A stretch of 32,000 bases of DNA from Microcystis aeruginosa NIES-843 (lineage in GTDB: Bacteria > Cyanobacteriota > Cyanobacteriia > Cyanobacteriales > Microcystaceae), in the NCBI RefSeq assembly GCF_000010625.1, contig NC_010296.1, positions 780,001-812,000 on the forward strand. The letters run 5' to 3'. The notes beneath the pieces are model-generated. The model made no database searches. It had not been told where the DNA came from and was given only the letters and a program-made list of their open reading frames with translations. Below are positions 26,650 through 32,000 of this stretch, one piece after another. Each line of letters starts with the position of its first letter. Positions within the stretch are counted from its first letter, which is position 1. Both the position numbers and the translations under genes were made by a program.

Positions 26650-26665
26650 TACATTTATAAATGTA
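26650..26665. promoter_or_regulatory. 16-bp perfect palindrome TACATTTATAAATGTA, candidate operator
   Basis: It lies 54-69 nt upstream of the CadD-like start (26596), in the divergent region shared with the SsuA-like gene. Confidence 0.3.
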
Positions 26666-26754
26666 CTTTGTTACACAATCGAGGAGTCGTGGATTTCTAT
26701 AGTATGTAGATAAGTAGCTGGTTATAATTAAATTAAAAATGGATTTTAGGTTCG

Positions 26755-26822
26755 ATCCCCCCTGCCCCCCTTGATAAGGGGGGTGCCGATAGGCGGGGGG
26801 ATCCCCCTTAATAAGGGGGGCA
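26755..26822. repeat. G/C-run hairpin repeat pair
   Basis: CCCCCCTT-GAT-AAGGGGGG, GGGGGGATCCCCC and CCCCCTT-AAT-AAGGGGG lie within 70 nt. Confidence 0.7.
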
Positions 26823-26921
26823 TCTGATAATTTTTAACGCCTACCTACTTAAAACTAATGGAACCTCTCCCGATCAAGTTGGGAAACTCTTCCCTCTTGT
26901 CTCCTTTCCTGATAATAAATC

Positions 26922-28181
26922 TTGTTTTCTGCGAGAAATCCCATGCTCCACCGTTCGATCAAGTGTCTCTGGAAACCGTGGCGAAATTGGCGGGCAGCTC
27001 TTCCCGCGCTGCTTTTTTTGACCAGTCTGGTCGGGAGCTTTCTCCTGGCTGGATTTTCCGACACGATCGCCGTCGGTCAAAATTCTCGATCCGATAACCT
27101 GATTCTCAACCTCGTCGATAGCTTTAAATTCCCCCGAAATACCACTCCCCGGCTATTGGAAACCGTGGGATTATTTATCGCTGGAATTCTCTTCTGTATC
27201 GCGATCGATCGCTGGTTCAAGCGCTCGACCCCCTCCGATATCACTCCCCTCGCCAAACAAGCGCGGCGGTTAGGAACCCTCAAGATCGGCTACCCCGAGG
27301 GCATGACCAATCTGGAAGTTCTCCGCGCCCAGGCCTTTCTGGAAAGACGCTTAAAACCCTTTGGGGTGACGGTAACGTGGACGAGTTTTCTGGCCGCTTC
27401 CTCTCTGATCGAGGCCTTGAGCAACGGAACGATCGACTTCTGCGGTGGTGGCGGTACGGCGAGTATTTTCTCCCAAGCGGCGGAACACGTCTTCGTCCGG
27501 GTAGCCAAGGAAAAATATACCGCCCCGAAAGGTCAGGCGATTCTCGTGCCTGAGGATTCGCCAATAGAGACGTTGGCGGATTTAAAAGGAAAAAGAATCG
27601 CCTTCGATCGGGGTTCGAGCGCCCATTATGTCCTCATCCGCGCACTGATGAGAGTGAATCTAGAATTAAGCGATATCGAACCGGTGTATGCGACTCAACC
27701 GGAAGCACTTGTGCTTTTTCGTCGCGGTGAGATCGACGCTTGGGTGGTCTGGGTTCCCTATTCCCCCACGGAGACGCGCACCTATCCGGGAAGATCGTTG
27801 GCCGATCTAGAGAGCATCTTCGGGGAAAACGCCTCTCTAGAAGTGCCGACCTATTATTATGCGGTTCCCGAATTGGTACGCGATTATCCCGATGTACTGA
27901 AGGTGATTTTAGAAGAGGTGAACGAGGCGGGTGCCTGGGCGAAACAACAGGAGTTAGAGGCGACGAGACGCTTGGCAGCCCACCACGAGATCGATCCAGC
28001 GATCGTGACTAATCTCGAACAACGGGCCTCTGAACGTGCCATTATCCCGATCGACGATCGCTCTCTGACGGCCCTACAACACCAAGCTCATATCTTCCGA
28101 GACCTGAAGCTGATCCCCCATCGGGTCAATGTGCGCGACGGAACCTACACCCTACAGACGAAACAAAATTGGACATATTAA
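26922..28181 (+). CDS. ABC-transporter substrate-binding protein, SsuA/TauA/NMT1-like (sulfonate/nitrate family)
   Basis: N-terminal TM/signal anchor. It has a type-II periplasmic binding-protein layout (LKIGYPEG..., LKGKRIAFDRGSSAHYVL). There is no adjacent permease or ATPase. The exact start is uncertain. Confidence 0.6.
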   Translation: MFSARNPMLHRSIKCLWKPWRNWRAALPALLFLTSLVGSFLLAGFSDTIAVGQNSRSDNLILNLVDSFKFPRNTTPRLLETVGLFIAGILFCIAIDRWFKRSTPSDITPLAKQARRLGTLKIGYPEGMTNLEVLRAQAFLERRLKPFGVTVTWTSFLAASSLIEALSNGTIDFCGGGGTASIFSQAAEHVFVRVAKEKYTAPKGQAILVPEDSPIETLADLKGKRIAFDRGSSAHYVLIRALMRVNLELSDIEPVYATQPEALVLFRRGEIDAWVVWVPYSPTETRTYPGRSLADLESIFGENASLEVPTYYYAVPELVRDYPDVLKVILEEVNEAGAWAKQQELEATRRLAAHHEIDPAIVTNLEQRASERAIIPIDDRSLTALQHQAHIFRDLKLIPHRVNVRDGTYTLQTKQNWTY

Positions 28182-28184
28182 TAG

Positions 28185-28400
28185 TTAGTAAAAGTATAGT
28201 CAAATATAGACAGACTGAATTCCATTTCAGAAATTCCCTTCACTTTTACTTCGAGAGATTGATTCTCCTTGGGTGAACTACGCACCTCTCTATCCCATAG
28301 CAGTTAAACGCATTTGGGAATGCTTTTCGTAAAATATTGTAGGAACCCATGACATCAGATTGAACCAGAATCCCCTTATCTGTACGATATAACCCTCGTA
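28185..28400 (-). ncRNA. Predicted omega-RNA region of the TnpB element (inferred, not demonstrated)
   Basis: In characterised TnpB systems the guide-RNA scaffold overlaps the 3' end of tnpB and runs to the right end. This interval holds small hairpins (e.g. CTGAA-ATGGA-TTCAG, ~28216-28230) and the TATAGTCA-repeat end. No covariance evidence is available here. Confidence 0.3.
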
Positions 28401-29469
28401 AAATTCAGTTTCCTGAAAACACTGGCTTTTCAGTTATCTGTCCATAAACGGGGAGAGGATCGTCATTCAAAAAATTAGAAGCTGAGGTATAGGATTCTTC
28501 TTGAAGAATCACAGAGATTCCTTCTAATTGACATTTATAACTAATCATCTCAATTAATCGAGCATGAGGGATGGTCACAAATTTTTGATTGTTGACTTTT
28601 CCTAAGTTTACTTCTTGTTTCCAACCGTCATTTTTCCCAATTACTAAAGTTGTTATCTCTTGGTCAACTAAGAGATTGACTAAATAACGACTAGCCTGAT
28701 GAAGATAATCATCTACTTTCTGATTACGACAGCGAGTTAAACGGCGAATCCTCTGGGAACTTTGACGATTGCCTTTTAACAGAGATTGTAACTTAGCCCG
28801 ACGTTGGTTATAAAATTGATTCAGGCTTTTTAACGGTCTGCCATTAATCAACAAAGGGATAAAGTCCGGTTGATTTGAAGTTACAGCCATCAAATTATCT
28901 ATGCCTAAATCTAGCGCAGCTATCTTTTCATTAGGAGCTAAGAACTGTTCAGTTTTCTCATAAATTACCTCGATTACATAACAATCACATTTAGGAACTA
29001 TTCTGACTTCTGCTATGCGCTCTGCTACTCTCGTCGGCAAGGCAATTGAAGTACCTGATAGTTTGACTAACCCTTGCCTAAGACCTACTTTGCTTATAGC
29101 TTGAATCGTGTAAACTAAGAGATTTCGTCCTTTTTTTGGCTCCTTATAGCTAGGGATTTTGGGTTTGACCAGAAATTTATCGGGGTGACTTTTAAACTCC
29201 GATGAAGCGGCAAAAAATGATTTCCAGTTTTTGTCTAATCCTCTCAAAACTTGTTGGGAAACTTTAGCGGGTAAAGCTTGATACTGTTCTGTCTTTGACC
29301 TCAGAGAGGCCATCTGATTATAGGTCAAATAGCCATGACCATAAATGAAGTTTTGTCGGATTAAATAATTGGCTGAGTTGTAGAGATTTTTAGACTGCCA
29401 AGATAAATTATCTATCTCAGCCCAAAATCTATGTCCTTTCTTGATAATGTGTCTTTCTGCTACTAACAT
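28246..29469 (-). pseudogene. tnpB: TnpB (IS605 OrfB-type RNA-guided nuclease homolog) with a single in-frame TGA at codon 355
   Basis: The frame is open for 408 codons apart from the TGA (plus-strand TCA, 28405-28407). RuvC-I is LDLGIDN and RuvC-II is EESYTS. After the stop the same frame reads ILRGLYRTDKGILVQSDVMGSYNILRKAFPNAF...VVHPRRI, which carries the RuvC-III motif. Confidence 0.85.
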
Positions 29470-29471
29470 TA

Positions 29472-30041
29472 TTATCCGTTGTCTTTTAACTCAGCTATAA
29501 TCTTTTCTGTCTTTCTTTTCGACCTTCTTAATCCGTAAATTCGAGAACAAAAAGAGGTTATAATGGCTATTAAATCTGACATCAACTCATCCTGATTATC
29601 CTCACTTTGATTGACAATCTCCACTTTTTTATCTAGTTCTTTTAACAAGATTTCTAGATAATTAGTCCCAAATCTGGCTAGACGGTCTTTGTGTTCAACA
29701 ATTAAAACATTATAATTGGGGTCAACTAGAATTTTGGCTAATTGTTGGCGATTATCGTTTAATCCACTGCCTACTTCTTTGACAACTTTGTAGATTTTGT
29801 AGCCTCTGGCAACAGCATAATCTTTTAATCGGTCAGCTTGTCTATCTAGATTGTCTTTATTTTCGGCACTGGAAACTCTTGCATAAATGCAGGCTATCAA
29901 GTCGGGTTTTGAATGGTTGTCATCCGTTATGATAATTGTACCAGAAGGCAATTGATAACCTGTTAAATTCCCTTGTTTCCACCACCTCCAAGCCGTTCGA
30001 TAACTTATTCCTGTTTTTTTTGCATAGTCTGATAGTTTCAT
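29472..30041 (-). CDS. tnpA: IS607-type serine recombinase transposase
   Basis: MerR-like HTH N-terminus (KLSDYAKKTGISYRTAWRWWKQG) and a resolvase catalytic motif (IYARVSSAENKDNLDRQ). It is 189 aa and lies immediately upstream of tnpB. Confidence 0.9.
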   Translation of the reverse strand: MKLSDYAKKTGISYRTAWRWWKQGNLTGYQLPSGTIIITDDNHSKPDLIACIYARVSSAENKDNLDRQADRLKDYAVARGYKIYKVVKEVGSGLNDNRQQLAKILVDPNYNVLIVEHKDRLARFGTNYLEILLKELDKKVEIVNQSEDNQDELMSDLIAIITSFCSRIYGLRRSKRKTEKIIAELKDNG

Positions 30042-30097
30042 ATCTATATATGACCATGCTTGACTATATCTGACTATATTTGTATTGAAACTTTACA

Positions 30098-30197
30098 ATA
30101 CTAAATCCGTTGAGTATAGGCTACATATCAGGATAGGCAAGAGGCAATAGGCAAAAGGAGGAATAAATAATCAGTTTTTAATAACAGGATTTAGGAT
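30098..30197. mobile_element. ~100-bp MITE, copy A
   Basis: TIRs are ATACTAAATCCGTT and AACAGGATTTAGGAT. It abuts the IS607 left end. Related copies lie at 30368-30474 and 17333-17433. Confidence 0.75.
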
Positions 30198-30297
30198 AAA
30201 TCCTGTTTAAAAGGTATAGGGGAGTGGGGAGCGCCAGAGCAGGGAGAAACAATCCATGACTGGGGAGTTAATCACAGTATTAAAAACGGATTTGGTA
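30198..30297. mobile_element. Second MITE with related TIRs but different core, copy D
   Basis: AAATCCTGTTTAAAA ... TTAAAAACGGATTTGGTAT, directly adjoining copy A. Confidence 0.5.
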
Positions 30298-30343
30298 TCA
30301 TCAAATCCTTATTCTCGGTGAGTTAAAATCTCCTAAAAAAATA

Positions 30344-30512
30344 GGGAGTATTTTCAGATAACTGATTATACTAAATCCGTTGAGTATAGGCTACATATCA
30401 GGATAGGCAAGAGGCAAGAGACAAGAGGCAAAAGGAGGAATAAATAATCAGTTTTTAATAACAGGATTTAGGATTACTGTTTACTGTTTACTGTTTACTG
30501 AAAATACTCCCC
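30344..30512. repeat. Heptamer-armed palindromic element, second copy, carrying nested MITE copy B
   Basis: GGGAGTATTTTCAGATAACTGATT ... (ACTGTTT)x3 ACTGAAAATACTCCCC. The outer ends are inverted and homologous to the ends of 4217-4410. Confidence 0.7.
30368..30474. mobile_element. ~107-bp MITE, copy B (same orientation as A, with a 7-nt GGCAAGA-type expansion)
   Basis: Nearly identical to copy A apart from the extra AGAGACAAGAGGC segment. Confidence 0.75.
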
Positions 30513-30552
30513 ACACCCTGCCCCCAGGAAAAACTTTTTCCACATACCCTAA

Positions 30553-31797
30553 CTAACTCAACGCTTCAAAATAATCGCGAATTTGATTATGTAGCTGGGA
30601 TTGACGCAGTTTTTGCAAAGCTTTCAACTCAATTTGTCGTACCCTTTCCCGGGATAATTCCAAAGTGCGACCGATATCAGCCAAAGAATGGGATTTACCA
30701 TCGAGAAAACCATAGCGCAATTCAATCACTTCTCGTTCACGAGCGGTTAAATCTGCCAATAGTTCTCTGATATCTCTTTGCAAAGATTCATAGACAAAAT
30801 GATTTTCTGAAGACACTGCTTCGATTTCCAAAAGGTCTAATAATTCCGTATCTTTTTCCTTACCCACTTTTATTTCTAAGGAAACCGAACGCGGCACTGT
30901 CATCAACAATTCCCGCACAGCTTCAGGAGTCAGAGCTAACTCTTGGGCAATTTCCTCTACGGTCGCAGTGCGACCGCGCATTTGCGAGATTTTCCGTTGT
31001 GCCTTCTTAATTCTGTTGAGTTTTTCGGTAATATGAACCGGTAAGCGAATAATCTGGCTTTTAGTTGCGATCGCTCTTGTCATTCCTTGACGGATCCACC
31101 AGTAGGCATAGGTACTAAAACGATAGCCTTTGGTGGGATCAAATTTCTTGACGGCGCGTTCTAAACCCAGGGTTCCCTCTTGAATCAAATCCAATAATTC
31201 TAAACCGCGATTCTGATATTTTTTGGCCACCGACACCACCAGACGTAAATTGGCCTTGATCATCTGTTCTTTGGCACGGGTACCAAGGGCAATAATTTCT
31301 TCTAATTCCCCCACTTCTAAGCCCGCTAGGTGCGCCCAACGCTGTTTCCCTGCTTTTAAAGCATTTTTTAACTCAGACACCCTGATTTGGGCGGTTTTTG
31401 CCCAGCGTTCTAGGGAGGGACGATGGGCTAATTGAGCGGTTAGCTGATCGCGCACCTCAATTAACTTGACAAATTGCTGTACTTGTGCATCACCTTGTTT
31501 AACGGCGGCGGCGCATAATTTCAGTAAAGACAGATGACGCTGTACCTGTTGCGCTTGTTCAACTTCCTCGTCCCGTTTGAGTAGAGGCACTCTGCCAATG
31601 TCTTGTAGGTATAAACGTACTAAATCGGTAGTTGTGCCGTTGCTGTAGCTTTTTTCGGGACTAGATACTAAATCATCTTCCAAATCACTGCCGAGAAAAT
31701 CTTCATCCAGGTCGAGCGAGTTTTCCTTCAGTTTTAAGATAGAAAAAGAGGGACAGATAAATTCAGTTTCGAGCGTCGAGGGGTTAATTGCAGACAT
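30553..31797 (-). CDS. Sigma-70 family RNA polymerase sigma factor, group 2 (SigC-like, tentative)
   Basis: Regions 1.2-4.2 are present: DLVRLYLQDIGRVPLL, KYQNRGLELLDLIQEGTLGLERAVKKFDPTKGYRFSTYAYWWIRQGMTRAIA, IRLPVHITEKLNRIKK, LSRERVRQIELKALQKLR. The RQG-TRAIA variant and the 414-aa size resemble SigC as I recall it. Confidence 0.85.
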   Translation of the reverse strand: MSAINPSTLETEFICPSFSILKLKENSLDLDEDFLGSDLEDDLVSSPEKSYSNGTTTDLVRLYLQDIGRVPLLKRDEEVEQAQQVQRHLSLLKLCAAAVKQGDAQVQQFVKLIEVRDQLTAQLAHRPSLERWAKTAQIRVSELKNALKAGKQRWAHLAGLEVGELEEIIALGTRAKEQMIKANLRLVVSVAKKYQNRGLELLDLIQEGTLGLERAVKKFDPTKGYRFSTYAYWWIRQGMTRAIATKSQIIRLPVHITEKLNRIKKAQRKISQMRGRTATVEEIAQELALTPEAVRELLMTVPRSVSLEIKVGKEKDTELLDLLEIEAVSSENHFVYESLQRDIRELLADLTAREREVIELRYGFLDGKSHSLADIGRTLELSRERVRQIELKALQKLRQSQLHNQIRDYFEALS

Positions 31798-32000
31798 GAT
31801 GGCTTCTCTAGGGGCGACTGTGATAGGAATTACAAACTTCTAAATCGTTTACCGTAGTCATAGCTTTCCCACTTAAGCGAGGAAATGATGCAGTCGGGAA
31901 AATTTTTTTCTCAAAAGTATTTATCTTTAAACTTAGAAGTTACAGCAATTCCATTGATTTAGAAGTAATTTCCCCTACAGTCCTATTCCTATCTATTCCT

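Larger units (their letters stand above)
28185..30101 (-). mobile_element. IS607-family element (serine recombinase tnpA + tnpB), ~1.9 kb; right end approximate
   Basis: tnpA and tnpB are adjacent. The left end is defined by comparison with the second copy (both end ...GAAACTTTACAATAC). Subterminal inverted motifs are AAGTATAGTCAAATATAGACAGAC (28191-28214) and its imperfect complement at ~30058-30081. Confidence 0.8.

Noticed and set aside
26855-27097. Small overlapping ORFs (26855-27064, 26858-27097, 26874-27080) at the 5' end of the SsuA-like gene.
   Set aside because: They overlap one another and the start region of the 419-aa ORF. None has support beyond being open.

Overview
This is a cyanobacterial chromosomal window. 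The HIP1 octamer GCGATCGC recurs (e.g. 9361, 11033, 11302, 15261, 19988), and the gene content fits: glnN with an NtcA box, a Tab2 homolog and a group-2 sigma factor. The heavy IS/MITE/toxin-antitoxin load resembles Microcystis-type genomes, but that is inference only.

Conserved blocks:
- A GT2 glycosyltransferase, a Tab2-family protein, a carotenoid oxygenase and glnN (3.2-9.1 kb).
- A BT1 folate/biopterin-type transporter (13.6-15.1 kb).
- An ion and nutrient transport block on the minus strand (17.7-28.2 kb): a CadD-like protein, a Ca2+/H+ exchanger, pstSCAB, a sulfate-binding protein, a second CadD-like protein and, on the plus strand, an SsuA-like binding protein.
- A SigC-like sigma factor (30.6-31.8 kb).

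The rest is mobile or accessory DNA:
- A 1181-bp IS with clean TIRs and a target duplication splits a polytopic membrane protein gene (33-2801).
- A ~363-nt hairpin-ended non-autonomous element interrupts a PEP-CTERM surface protein gene (9500-10585).
- A 4.3-kb island (9373-13639) holds yefM-yoeB, two hicBA pairs and duplicated unknown small ORFs. Six same-orientation copies of a 33-nt perfect palindrome partition it.
- An IS607-type tnpA-tnpB element (28.2-30.1 kb) has a tnpB that is open except for one in-frame TGA before the RuvC-III motif. A second, internally deleted copy lies at 16.5-17.3 kb.
- An IS5/Harbinger-type transposase sits directly upstream of pstS.
- There are several MITE families, including a heptamer-armed palindromic element.

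No CRISPR array, rRNA or tRNA was recognised. The most unusual signals are the palindrome-delimited cassette-like TA island with its mosaic duplications, the PATE-like insertion and the TnpB (OMEGA-type) element pair.
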